Shown: in pieces, positions 21,516 to 34,835 of the stretch
How positions within the stretch are numbered: the stretch's first letter is position 1
Layout: each line of letters starts with the position of its first letter
Assembly: GCA_001938485.1 (NCBI GenBank)
Contig: MQRK01248817.1
Coordinates: forward strand, 10,036-63,911
DNA from: Girardia tigrina
Lineage: Eukaryota
DNA: 53,876 bases
Direction: 5' to 3'
Program-made: the position numbers and the translations under genes
The notes under the pieces: model-generated
Seen by the model: only the letters and a program-made list of their open reading frames with translations
Told to the model about the DNA's origin: nothing
Databases searched by the model: none

Positions 21516-24500
21516 TATACATAATTTTAATTTATATAATTATAATAGTAATAATATATTATAATTTTAATCATATTTATTTGTAGTAGTAATAGTAATA
21601 ATAATAGTTTGTATCAATTATTGAGACAAATAATAGAAAAATAATTTTTGGAATCATTCCGAAGGAAGAGTGTGTTGGGAAATTTAAATTTTCTAGAGCG
21701 TCGATTTGAGGAAATGGGAACAGGTGTGTCCTGCCATCCTCCTGTCCTACGTGTGATATTTTGATAGAGAGCGATGCTACGACGCGAACGATGCCATTTG
21801 AATATTTTTGTTATTAAATTTAATAGACTTTTATTAAATTATCATTTGAATAATTGAAATTTTAATTATTATTTTTTTATTATAGATTTGAGAAATAAAT
21901 GGACTTTTGATGTTTAGCACTGGTTTAGGTTAGCTCTTTTTTTTTAATTTTTCGACAAAATTTTTTTTGATATAAAATCAATTAAAAATTTTGTTCAAAT
22001 AATATTTACAAAAATAAATTATTTTTTATTGAAACAAAAATTTTATTTTAATTTTTTTAATGATATTTATTTTATTTTCACATTTATTAAATGAAATTAT
22101 TTTCATATTAAAAAAAATTAATTTAAATTTTATTATTTTAGAAAAAAATAATAAAAATAAAAAAACGATTGAAAAGTAAAAAGAAAATTACCAATCATTA
22201 TTAATTAAAAAAGATTTTTTTAATCATTATTTTTTTATTTATTTTAAAATTTTATTTAAGAATTATAATCATTAGCTATGGCATTTCAATCTCGGATGAC
22301 ATGTTTAATCTTATATGTAAAATAAATTAAAACCATTGGAAATCTTCATAAGATTTATCTTCAATGGTATCAGGAAAAGCTAATTACATCGTGTTACATC
22401 GATGGTTGAATGGTCGAATGGTTCGGCCTCTTATCTGTTATTGAAATCGTCGACTCTGACGACTTCCCTAAACTGTAATTAGCCGTTTTCAAATTCGTTT
22501 TACTTGAGTAATAAAAGTCAATGACTGGGCAATTTTTTGATGGCTGTCGTATTAAAACGAAATGACTTTAATCGCCCACTGAGAAGCTGGTGCAAACGAA
22601 TCCATCCACCACTATGAGGAATTTTATTATCGATTCTTTAAATTAAATTTTCTGCCGTTGGAATCTAATTGAGTTAATGTGAAATTCGATAGGGTAACTT
22701 ATATTATATCCCACTGAAAAGCCAACTATTTGTCCAACGAGCCAGACAACTCTCTTTTATTCCATCTGGTCAGTTAACTAAAAATTTAATGATTAACATT
22801 TATTGAAATGAATTTCTTTTTTTTCTGCTTTTTTTCTTGTAAAAATTATTCAATTTGTTTGATTAAAAAATTAAAAGTTAAATGAAAATAATTGCCGAAA
22901 TTTAATTAATTTTTTTTCAAATATATATATATATATAAAATATTTAAACTTTTCATTAAGAATTAATTTTTATTTTAAAATTTAATTTAATTTTAATTTG
23001 ACAATTTTTTAATGTTTTAAAAAGAAAATTTTATTGATTATTAAAATGCAATATTGAAAAAAAGCTACTGAACTTATTTCTAATTTTTGGACTTCGTGAC
23101 CTTTAGGATGATAAGGAATGTTTCATTAAAAGGAAGTCGGAAAATTTTGGTAATGTGTGAGGAATGTTTGTAATGTTTGAATGTTGCGTGTTGATTTGGG
23201 ATTGCGTCTCTCTCACAATTAACTGATTTATATTTTAATTATTTTAATCTGAAACTAATTTAACTTAAATTTACATATAATATTTAATTTTATTTTAATT
23301 TAATTTCATTGTAAAATTTTAAATAATTTGATAGACTTTGTATTAAATTTTAAAATAAATAAAGCAAAATAAAACAAATAATTTATATTTATTTTAATTT
23401 TAACCAATGAAATTCGTAGAATATATTTTGGAAGATTTGGCATTTTTCAAATTGGTTCAGACAATCGATTTAAAATTATTAATCTTGTTTAAGAATTCTG
23501 CGAATGAAAGCTCAATTGTCTTAAGGATGATTCGAATTGTGTGTCTAATAAAAATTATTAACAATGTATGATTTCTCATAACATGGCGATAACTCCAGGA
23601 CTCGAATAAGAAATCTTCTTTCGAACAATATTGTTGAAGAAATGGTATTTATATCATAACAAAATCTTTTCCAAAATAATTTTTTAAATTATACATGAAA
23701 TTTTTAAGAAAATATTTTTTTTGTAAATACTAGGTAGTCCCAAAAGTTCGTAAACACTTACAAAAATTGAGATTTTATTCACTAATTAATAACAAAAACA
23801 ATTAAATTTATTCCTCAAAAAATGCCATCATTTTCCAAGTCTTTCTGACATCTATTTGCAAGCTTACGGATCTGGTCGAAGTACCATTCTGAATCAAAGA
23901 ATTCTTGATAAGCTTTCACTTCATCAAATTAGTCGAATCGGCGGCTTTTCAGAAAGTGTTGAAATGAGCGGGAAAGGCCATAATCTGACGGAGTGCAGTT
24001 AGGACTGTATGCTGGATGTTGCAGAACCTCAATGCAATCCAGCTCTTCAAACTTGTCTTTGATTCTACTGGCGGTGTGTGGCTTGTGTATTTTTGTGTCA
24101 TTTTTTGTAAACCATTTGCTGACAGAAAAGTTCGGCACTGATAGGACGACCATTCGGAATCAACTCAAAATGCAAGATCCAATCAAAAATCCACCAAATG
24201 CACAGCATAACTTTCTTTGCGAATTGTTCTAGTTTTGGAACCGATGGTATCTTTTGCCATTTCTGAATCCATCGCTTGTCTCTATTATGCTGGACCAGAT
24301 ATACCCATTTCTCGTCCGATGTCAGAATACGCTTCCAAAAATCGGTTGTCCATTGTATCGCTGAGAAATTGACGAGAAATTTCAACTTTTCTGACGGCTT
24401 GCGCTTCGTTGAGTTCATGAGTATCTTGGCGCTGCTTTTTGTGAACAAAATCAAGATGCTTCAAGTGTCGGTGAATTGTCGATTTATGAGCTCCATGCTC

Positions 24501-24636
24501 ATAAGCCAATTCCCGAGTACCCGATGTAGGCGAATTATCTAATCCAATTTGGAGGTCTTCATCATCCAACTTTAACGACCTTCCTGAGCAAGGTTTATCT
24601 CCAAGGCTCATATCGCCAGAATCGAAATGCTGATAC

Positions 24637-26348
24637 TGTAGTGATCTAGTCACTTATATATGCATAATTTAATATGATAAATTACCATCTTGGCGACTTA
24701 ATGTCGTCAAGATGAAATAATAAATTTTAAATAATAAATCAATATTTAGATTTTAAAGAATATAAAGTATTAATAAATATCTACGCCTCTGTATTCTGGA
24801 GCTCGATTTACTTTTCCAAACATCATCTAATAATACCGAAATAACCGCGCAAAGAATCTTCAATAATTTTACCGACATTTATTTCATCAAAACAATCCTT
24901 CAAAAACGAATCGCAAGTTGACGAGTATTCGAGAATAATCAAATATCGAAGTGACGACAAAAGCTCAAACTAAATTCATTCTATTCAATTCAAAATTTAA
25001 ATTTTCCAAGACTTTCGTCTAACAAAACTGAGCTGTTCGATGATCTGGTGCACAACTTTCCAAAGTAAAATATTTTCATTGTATATACTCCTTCTCGACT
25101 CTTTTCGTGTTATATTGTGATTCATTGTATTCACCTTCGTTTTTGCCTTCCGTTACACTCTGTTTCGTTATTGTAGTGACCCAGTCAATTATTATATATA
25201 AATTATATATAGTAAATTATATATAAAATGATATATATATATTAAAAATTATATATATAAAAACAATCATTAATATTACTGTTTACAATTATACTATATT
25301 GCCTGCGGTTCGTTTTCTTGTAAAATCGGTTCGTAAAGGAGTTTTCTGCAAACCAATTTATCAATATTCCCCCTGAAAGTGCTCCTCTTCATGTGATCTC
25401 AAAATCTCGTTGTGCAACCAAATGATTCTCTGACGTTTCCATCGATATTGTTACAACAGAAGATCATTCCTTGAAACTTTTGAACAACAAACGCAAATCG
25501 AAATCGAGATTTATCTGTGCCGTTCTCTCTCTCTCGTATGTGATTTTTTTTGTTATATATGTTTATTTATATTGTGTAAAAATAAGTTTTATACATATTT
25601 ATCTTTATTTTTTTACGTTAAAGGAGTTCACTGAAACACGTTTTTAGTTAGCTCTTTTACAGTTATAATATAATTTTCAATGTCCAATCGCAAAGTTGGG
25701 CCATAAAGAGGGCCGTATGGCTTTCTCCTTCGATTTTCAATTCCTCGGTGTCGACAATATCGATTTTACTTTTCTTGGATTTTCTTCTATCGCAAAATTT
25801 GGCTGATTTATTATTTAATAAATACCCGTAAGAATGCCAGACCAAATTTTTGAACCGGAACTGGAGTGACAAACCTCAAAAATCGATAAACAGTCGCTTG
25901 CCCGTTTATCCAACTCATAATCCACGAAGCAGTCACTGGGATTACTCGAACTATGTCCCAACATATCGATACAATCGATTCCCATTTGCGCATCGTTTTT
26001 AGAAACCATAATATAATCGCAATTCCGAAGAGTATTAGAAAGTAAATCAAAATTATCGATTTCCATGATCTTTTTATTATTTATCAAAACTCTGTCTTAA
26101 CAATAATTCGTTTAAACAAACGAATTAAAAAAACAATTTTCAATTATTAATATAACGTATATAAATATATGTTATAAAAATTTTAATGATTTGATTATTT
26201 CTTTAATTGATGTTAATTATTTCTTTAATTTTTTTATATTAATTCAAATCCGGAACATAATATTACTATAATATTACTATACCTAATTTTACTATTTGTC
26301 ACGACATTATACTATCATCTATAGTATCGTATCATAGTTTTCACAACA
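24637..26348. mobile_element. LTR-type insertion (solo LTR or non-autonomous) with 5-bp TSD GATAC
   Basis: Termini TGTAGTGA...TCACAACA, with GATAC at 24632-24636 and 26349-26353. It interrupts the mariner ORF precisely. Confidence 0.85.
25172..25661. mobile_element. Solo LTR (490 bp) nested in the previous insertion, 5-bp TSD GTTAT
   Basis: Termini TGTAGTGAC...TTTTACA, with GTTAT at 25167-25171 and 25662-25666. Confidence 0.82.
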
Positions 26349-27244
26349 GATACCACTTTGATATCATCGCATATGCAATTGTTTTTTTCACTTTTGGCAG
26401 CACAAATCTCTTCTGCAGCCTTTCCAGTTGAAAGACCTCTCTTCGAGCAGTAACTCGCAGCTCAATTCTATCCGTTGTTTCATGGATAAAAAAGTTGACG
26501 ATTATTACGAGGACGGATCAAAAACTTATGCCTGTTTGCATCTAAGTTCAATATCTAAGCACTTACTTCAACAAAGAATTAAAATACGATTAATTTAAAT
26601 AATTAATTTTTTGAAGTAATCCTTATAATAATAATAATTATTATTATTAATTATAATTAATCAATTACCAAATAATTAAACCTTTTAATAAAATCAATTA
26701 AGGAAACGAAAATCACAGGACATAGTTCGTTATATCCAAAAACAACTTTGTGGCCATCTAAAATCATTCAAAATTCAATTTTTCTCAAGTGTTTACAAAC
26801 TTTTGGGACAACCCAATACTTGACAATTGTATTCATATTTATAATGTGTTATTATAAAATTTTGGTTTTTGGAAAATATACAGATATATACAGAAAATAT
26901 ACAGATACCATTTGATTTACGGAACTCTTTTACAGATCTCTTTTCACTAAATTTCAATACTTTCTGAAAATCCCTAATTTCTCTTAAGATGGCCCCAGAC
27001 TCGGATCCAATATTGTTTTTAAAATATTTAAATAAAAAGCAAATTACATAATATNNNNNNNNNNNNNNNNNNNNNNNNNNNNNNNNNNTATATATATATA
27101 TATATAATGTTATAAATCATAAAATAATAAATCTAATCCATTAATGCGAATTTAAAATAAATATATTTTTAATTATTTTAATAGTTTATAATTTATCCTT
27201 TATCGTGAAAAGGAATTTGCATTATATTTCCTAAAATGATTTTG

Positions 27245-27328
27245 TTATTTTGGGGGTGATGCTAGACCCCTTCTAGTACGGGGCCCGATTGAACCCAATC
27301 GCTCCAATTGCCATAAATCAGGGCCTGG
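27245..27328. mobile_element. hAT-like MITE terminus
   Basis: The GC-rich end GGGGCCCGATTGAACCCAATCG...TAAATCAGGGCCTG resembles CAGGGCCGGATTTA-type TIRs. The other end was not located, and an N-gap is nearby. Confidence 0.35.
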
Positions 27329-27859
27329 ATGTCCATTTTATTTTCATCTATAATCTATTTCCCTAATGACCATTTAGTGTTATCAAAAGGTCTCACAGAC
27401 TGGTTTAAATTTCTTAAAGATTTCAATCAATAAAACATTCAAAAGAAATTTATTACATCCCTCTCACAAACTTCTTCAGATACAAATAAATAAACATTAA
27501 ATAATAATCAGTCAAAATTTTCTAAATTTATGATAATTTATCAAAATAAATGTTATTTACTAATATGAATTTCAAATTTTAAAAAGGAAGTGTTTTGTTC
27601 AGTGTACATGGACATCAGTACTAGGGGTTAAAATCCCAGGTTTTTCATGGTTCCGGAATATCAGGACTAATCTTGACATCTCAGGGATTGCGTTAAGAAA
27701 ATTACAAAATCAAGAAATCATTTTATGGATTTTAATATGCAGAGCATTGCTGAAGGTATATGAATACCTTAAAAATGACCAAACGAAGTAATAACCTAAA
27801 ATTACATTGTTGTTTTGTACGACAAGTTATTTTTTAGAGATATTAATTACACTGACACC

Positions 27860-28620
27860 TAAAGGAGGTGATAAAGAACTGTCAGAGTTTAATCGAGGTT
27901 GAATAATTGGTCGTGCGATGCAGGAAATACCCAAAGAAAAAATTTTCGCTACATTAAAAAACATTTTTCAAAAGTTAACTACATTATTTGCCAAATGTTT
28001 CATTATTGGAAAGTGTATGTTACTCTCACAGTGCACGACCAAAGCCTTCACAGCATCTTCTTCGCTCTATTAAAAAAAAAGAGAAAAAGAGAATAGGACT
28101 ATCGCGTTTTTGCTGCTAAAGTAGCTTCTGAATCTTTAGTTATAGAGTCTAGTTTATGCCAATATCTGAAAAGTCTTGATCGCAATGATAGGGTAGCACA
28201 TCGGAAGCCACTGTTATCCCCAAACAATATTGTTCATCGTTTGAAATTGGCACAAGAAATGATACACAAGCCATTTCATTTCTGGCAGAAAATTATCTTT
28301 AGAGACGAGAGCTCATTTAACAGTTTTCAAATACGATTAGTATCTGGAGTTAACATTGACCAGATAAATAATTTAATGCCAATGTATGCAATTAACAGTT
28401 AATCATAACCCCTTTGTTTTGGTATAGATGGTAAACTAGTTCATTTGTAATTCGAAGTTAATTACCATATATTCATGCACGATGGTACATCTACCAAATC
28501 TGCCAAAGTAACTAACACCTAGCTGCAGCAAGTAGAGATTTTGTGAATTCCTTGGTCTGCCAGTCATCTGAAATGAGCCTAATAGAGCACATTTGATTTA
28601 TTCTTTATCAAGCTCCTCAC
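27860..28620 (+). mobile_element. Degraded Tc1-type transposase remnant
   Basis: KELSEFNRG*IIG, VAHRKPLLS...RLKLAQEMIHKPFHFWQKIIFRDESSF, and an SxEMSLIEHI motif (SPDLNPIE-like) in broken frames. Confidence 0.75.
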
Positions 28621-28640
28621 AAGTACAGATGCTTTACTTA

Positions 28641-29090
28641 GGGTAGACCGGGGCAATTCGGACATAGGGGCAAATCGGACAGTAGAATTTAGATTTGTAC
28701 ACAGCATTAGTTTTCCATGCACACAAATTTGTAAATAGTTTATAACATTCGAAAATCACTGTAGTTTAAAGCACAGTTATTTATTTGTTAATTTTTTACA
28801 AAAGGAACGCGGACAGATACTTTAATTTGTTTTAATTAATTACTTAAAACTTACAAATTTGAGACAACGTTTTGAATTGTAATTGACGCTCTTGGTAAGT
28901 TAACGAATTTCGTATTTAAAATGTATTTTGATTTAAACTGAAATTGATTATATTCAACAGTTATGTTTGTTTATTCATTTTCTTTACTATTTACACATAT
29001 TGATTTGTTTTTGTAACAATTGATTTACATTTAATAATGATGCTTTCTACTAGGGGTAAATCGGACAGTAAACTGTCCGATTTACCCCCT
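28641..29090. mobile_element. Non-autonomous DNA transposon fragment with repeated GGGG(C/T)AA(A/T)TCGGACA motifs
   Basis: TA-GGGTAGACCGGGGCAATTCGGACATAGGGGCAAATCGGACAGT at the start. The same motif forms a 17-bp-arm palindrome at 29053-29088. Confidence 0.55.
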
Positions 29091-29199
29091 TAATTAAATG
29101 TTCTCTCTGGGCCTATCCATATTGAATTTTACCTTATTTTTGAATACCTGGTCACACCTTTCTCAATTTTCTTTTGCATTCCTAATGCTCTTCGGAAGA

Positions 29200-30550
29200 A
29201 TAGGCTTTGATCTCCATAGATATTTTTGACAAATTAATTCATTCTATTTTCTTACGTGTCTCACCTGAGTAAATCCCATCGACTATCAACTTCGTATCAA
29301 TTGGTTCATGCATTACTATTTGTGTTAATAAATGTTTTTGGGTATTCATTTACTTTTGACAATGTAATATATATATTTTTGAAAATTAAAATTTTAATAT
29401 TTTATTCTATACCTCAAATTCTAGATATTAATTCAGAAAAGTCATACAATGTTTATTTAACACGTTCTAAATTGAAATTAGTCATAATGTTAGAAATAAT
29501 ATTGAAGCGAGGTCAACTTACAGAACACTTAATCATATTATCAAGATTTAAATCTTGTCAAAAATCAGTCCACGTGAAAGAGTTTTTATGCCTGGACACT
29601 TGCTTTAGGTATGCTCACAAGAGCTTTGTTCAGAATACTAATAAAACTCTCTCTGGCCGACAAAGCAGATGCATTTTGAGTTCTTTTGTTTCATTTTGAC
29701 TCACAGTTGTTGTATTCTTTCTTTTTACCATCTCACTTGAAGCGTAGTCACATTTCTGCAAGGCTTCCTACAAACGATCATTATTATCACTTGATGTTTC
29801 TTTAGTTAAGATTTAATTTCATATTTCGCACCCCTTGATGATTTCGATCTTTTTATCCAGGAGGAATAGTACATGCTTCCCGGCATTCATTTCGGTAGCT
29901 GTATCTACGTTTCTACCACAAGTAAAATATTTTTCTCTGCTAAGGAAATCAATATTAAAGTTTCTGTCATGCGGATCTGCAGCTCATGGTTTTTAATTTA
30001 CATACAATTGGTTTTAAAGCTCTTCAAATTTCTTAAAGTGCCTAATTTTTTAACTTACTAAAACTTGGTTCACAGAGTTCTTTACGAGACGTAATCGTTC
30101 AAGCATTGCGATCAAAGATTTCCATCGGATGATAATATCCAATAAAATAGATAGCACAATGTTTAATTTCTATTTTATAGATTTTTTATGGTCAGCACTG
30201 TTAGTAATCTGAAAATCGAAATTACCAAACAAGGTATGTCCGAGTAATCTTTACTCCAAGAATTCACAAGAACATTCTTGAAATTGGTCGATAAACTCCC
30301 AATGAGAGGAAGAGGATGAAGATGCACTGACATTCACTAAGAGTATCTTCATAGATCTACACAAAAAGGATTTTATAACTAAATTACAGATATTTTGTCT
30401 TCAAATCGACTGCATATTTTGTCTACAACATCAAAGAAAACTAAAAATTCCCTTTTTTCGAATAATTTAAAATCTGCATCACCGGAAATATTAATGAAAG
30501 TTTAAATGAAACTAATTTTAAAGCAGTTTTAGGTGGGATATTAGAGTTCT
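29200..30550 (-). mobile_element. Degraded hAT (Ac-like) transposase remnant
   Basis: The minus strand gives ILLDIIIRWKSLIAMLERL at ~30093-30149, matching the DVxTRWNSxxxMLER motif. A possible terminus TAGGGGTTAAAATCCC lies at 27622. Boundaries are approximate. Confidence 0.6.
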
Positions 30551-32269
30551 AGGTTCTTGAGAAATGCTCTAATGAACAAATTGATATATATAAGTGACTT
30601 GGAGAATAGACATTGGCGCCAAATCGTAAAATACATTCTCCAAGTCATGTTAATATAAGTAACATTACATCAATTTTAAAGAGTTCATTCATTATTTTAA
30701 ATGTTATCCAAAATATGTATTGTTGAGTTCTTGACCAATAATAGAATTCGTCAACACAAAAATTTATTTCTATAACAATAACAATTATTCAAACAATTTT
30801 TCTTGAGGAATCTTTCTTTTGTTTTCTTTTGACCAAATTAATTATACATAAAAATACTGGATTATAATACTGATAAGCTTTTTATTAAAAACGTTAACTA
30901 AAAATTGAATTTATTATTTTTTGCTTATGTTAATTAATAGATTAACATTTTAATATTTTATAAAAAATCTTTAAAATACATTATAAAAATCTACATAATT
31001 ATTGTTTTATTTTAAATCATTTTTAAACGTATTTTATTTAAGTTACAAAGATTTCTATTAATTTAAAATTATTTAAATGCTGTAAAATTTCAATATTATT
31101 TATTTAAAACCATTTAAATTAAATATAATTTTAGATCTTTAAAATATTTGAATGGTTTATCTACTGTTAAAATTGAATTTCCAAATAATTGTTATTCTTC
31201 GTTAATTGTTTAAAACCTTCAACTATAATTATTTTTTAATACAAATTTAATACAATTTTAATTGTAATATAACATTATGATTTTTTTATTTTAAAACTTA
31301 ATTTTAAAAAACATTTAATAAAAATAATATTTAATATAAATTTTCAGTTACAATTAATTGCAAAAAAAACATTATCATTTTTTATTTTACAACTTAATTT
31401 TATTTACAATGTTTGTTACTCTGAACTATTTATTTCCAAAAAAAAGTCTTGTCCAATAAATTAAAATTTAATTACAATTTTTATTATTAATCCGAAATAT
31501 TTATTTTTAAAAATTTATATAAATAAATTATTTGAACTTATTTTATTATAAATATGATATTACAAATTAATTATTCAAAAATTTAAAAGTCACAGAAAAC
31601 CCTAACATATATAAAGGGTTATTCAACGCGTAGGAAAATCCTGCTTTTCGTTTATAATGGAAGTTTATGAAATATTATGTTTTTAAAGAAATTGTTTGAT
31701 AAAAGTTTCATAAAAACATGTCATTTTAAAACAACTTTTAATAAAAATTTATAAAGTGTTTTAATTGAATTTTAATAATTAATAATGATTTTGTTTTCTC
31801 ACTTTTTACTTGAAACAACATTCTGTAAAAACTGTAAAACCTTGGATTTTAGATAAATAATTCCTTAAAAGAAACTGTTTATCAAGGAATAATCTTTTAA
31901 TTGAGTTATAAACTGTAGGGCAATTCGAATAAAACTTAGTTGAGTATTAATTATATTTTTCAATACTTTTTTTTCAAAATTTTCTAGAAAAACGGTTTTA
32001 ATTCGTCAGAAACTTTAATTATAAAGCAAACTGGGATATCTCACGACATCATTTAGTTGCTCTTGACCAGTACCATCTGGGGACCAATACTCTTAACTGC
32101 GATCTCTAGATGGTTTGCCCAGAGCAACAAATACATAAATATATTTTCTTATATAATGACATAAATATATTAAATTATATGATAATAATAATTTTAAAAA
32201 TATGCAATATTCAAATCAATCATCGTATGGTTATTGATATGAATATTTAATAAGAAATTACTAATTACT

Positions 32270-32700
32270 TAACGCGGAAGATCAGGGAGCAACTGTGCAA
32301 GCCAAGTAGACATACTTCCACATAGTGTCCCTGCGAAACTAGAATGGGTTCGACTCCGTCTCTAGGCTAAAGTGTCTGATAAGTTAGCCGATATCTGTGC
32401 CGACAAATTGTTGTAGTACCAGTGGTCTAGCAATCCACTTACAACGCTATAGCTTCCTAAATCTGAGTGTCATGGCTTTGGGGAGTAGTGACCCTGTAGT
32501 CGAGTGGTCGATTGCATAGCAATGATCAAAGATTTCTAATCTTGGTGAGGAGTGTTGTGAAGCCGATTCGCCGGTGGAGCTTAAACATATCAATTCCCGT
32601 ATGGAGGGAGTGCTTTTTGAAGCCGTAAGTGTTTCAGGCCTCCTAAAAAGCCTCGGGCTTAGTACATTTATATGATACGAGGATCACCGCAGAAGATTTC
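32270..32700 (+). repeat. GC-richer island with a Pol III B-box; possible tRNA-derived SINE
   Basis: GGTTCGACTCC at 32347-32357 fits the B-box consensus GGTTCGANNCC. The composition contrasts sharply with the flanks, and no full cloverleaf is evident. Confidence 0.4.
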
Positions 32701-32769
32701 GAAAATAGAATTTTAATTGGTATAACTAACGACAAATTTCCGGCAATATTTCAAACCAAATACGTACTA

Positions 32770-32927
32770 CCGTGTTTCTCCAGATATAAGACATTGTCCA
32801 AAATTTAAAGACTTTAATTTCTAAAAATTTCAAAACTCTAAGATTTCTAATTTCGAAAATATGCTACCCACTGGTAATTTTCCATCAAAATAATATAATA
32901 CAGTGTCTTATATTTCGAGAAACATGG
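32770..32927. mobile_element. 158-bp pogo-like MITE, related to the element at 2195-2723
   Basis: TA-flanked TIRs CCGTGTTTCTCCAGATATAAGACA / TGTCTTATATTTCGAGAAACATGG. Confidence 0.75.
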
Positions 32928-34835
32928 TACATCAAAGACAAAAACAAAGAAAACATTTGATCCTAACTATTGACTTTATTAATCCAGTTGAAAATATATT
33001 CATGGTCACTATTCCGAATTATTTGTTAATCAAATTACAAACCATTCCATCGTACTATTCTGGGTTATTCCATTTACCGAATTACGAATTATTTTATAAA
33101 TCACTGATTCCTATATCGACATATAACCTTATCGAATCCAATCCAACTCCAAACATTAATATTTGAAACTATAAGACCAGGTTTCAATCGTAAAGTAACC
33201 CAAATATTTTGTTTATCTTCAAACTCATTATTCTTTTTACGGTGATCCACAATACATCTTTTTTTATCCTTCAGTTCAATTGTTGAAATTAAAATATTTT
33301 CATCGAATAATTTTAATATTTTTCATTCATATCATTATATTATAAGAGGATTTCAGATTAAAGTTAATTATAACTAAGTTCCCTTCTATTATAATATACA
33401 AACCTTCTTCTTGCTCACCACCGGTGGCCTCATTAAAGGCAGTCTTTAAATAATATAGGAAAAATGAAAATTTCGTAAATCTCAAGTTTTAGGGTTTAAA
33501 TTTCGGTACATTTAACGTACATAGGAAAAAGGTAAAGTAGAATTTCAATTCTAAAGGTAGAATTCTCCATAAGTTTTGTAATACATCTTGATTAATTCAA
33601 TTTTGTTTTGAGACAATGTTCATCCTGTTACAAAAACAATTGGACACTGATGCATTTTTTTATATAACTCGCTTATTACTTTAAATTTTCACACAGAATT
33701 TTGAAGTTTTGTGTTTATTTGAAGCCTAACCCTTCATAAAGCTCACAAATACAGGTTTAGAAATTTTTTAAATGAACTGAGATACAAATTTTAAATGGCA
33801 AATATAATATAAAAATTGTTATTTTTATATTTATACTGTGTTAATTAACTTATTATATGTTTCCTGTGTATGTCTTGATTTTCTAAATAAATTGATAAAA
33901 CAAATAAATACTGTGGTCACTTTCGAAATTGAACGCTCCCTAAATTTAAAAAGTGAAAACATTGTAAACAACATGGCAAAAACTAAATGAATAAAAACTT
34001 TTCTCGATATTTCAACTTATTAATTATTAGTGAAATTGATAACGCAAACTTAAATTCTAAAATATATTTAATAATTCAAAATATACACGTGATAATCCAA
34101 TTATTAAAACAATTGAAATTTTATTAAATCATATTTATTTACATTGGAGAGTTAATTATTCGAATGTTTTGAACCATATGTTATATAAAATAATTATTAA
34201 GTTAGTTTATATTTAATAATTACAATTATTAATTTATATCTCACATTAATGATTGCAATTATAAACATATTAATATATTCTATGTTTGGAATTGTATTTT
34301 TAGCATACGAGAGATGCGAAAATTCTACCGAAATCTCAGAAGAGATCATTTACCCGGTGAACCAACATGACAAACATTTTCTGCCGCAATGCATCTCGGG
34401 GCTCGTGATATTTGAGCTCATCACTCAGCCCCGAGGTACAGGAATTATTCAAGTAAGTCCGTTGAATTCTCTTTCAAAGCATACCTGACCGCGGTAATTA
34501 GCTTAAAGTTAATGAACTACACTTCTTATTGACCTTTTATTTTATTAATAATAATTCCTAAAGTTGTGTTATACCTTAAAATTAGTCATTAAACTTTTGA
34601 CTTTATTATATAGAGTCATTTTCCATGTAATATAATGTCTTACTCAATACAGTGGGTACGTCAAGAAATCTTTCCGCTATTGTTTATAATCTACCGAAGA
34701 TACATTGTCATATGAATAAAGAAAGGTTAATGTCCTGTGCTACATTACTCAATGTTGAGTTTGAGGACGAAAAGATTTCCACATTTAGAGTGGTCATTTT
34801 CCTCGATGCTAATTTTTTAAACAAGTAAACTACAA

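Larger units (their letters stand above)
23730..26816 (-). mobile_element. Mariner element split by a nested 1.7-kb LTR-type insertion
   Basis: TIRs CTAGGTAGTCCCAAAAGTTCGTAAACACTT / AAGTGTTTACAAACTTTTGGGACAACCCAA with TA flanks. Motifs RILTSDEKWV, KKVMLCIWW and HPAYSPNCTPSDYGL. The N-terminus (RGLSTGKAAEEICAA) is at ~26350-26483. Confidence 0.92.

Noticed and set aside
32330-32370. Functional tRNA gene
   Set aside because: Only a T-arm/B-box is present; the acceptor and anticodon stems cannot be formed.
32490-32512. ACCCTGTAG resembling the miR-10 5' sequence
   Set aside because: The 3' half diverges, no convincing pre-miRNA hairpin was seen, and it lies in a SINE-like island.
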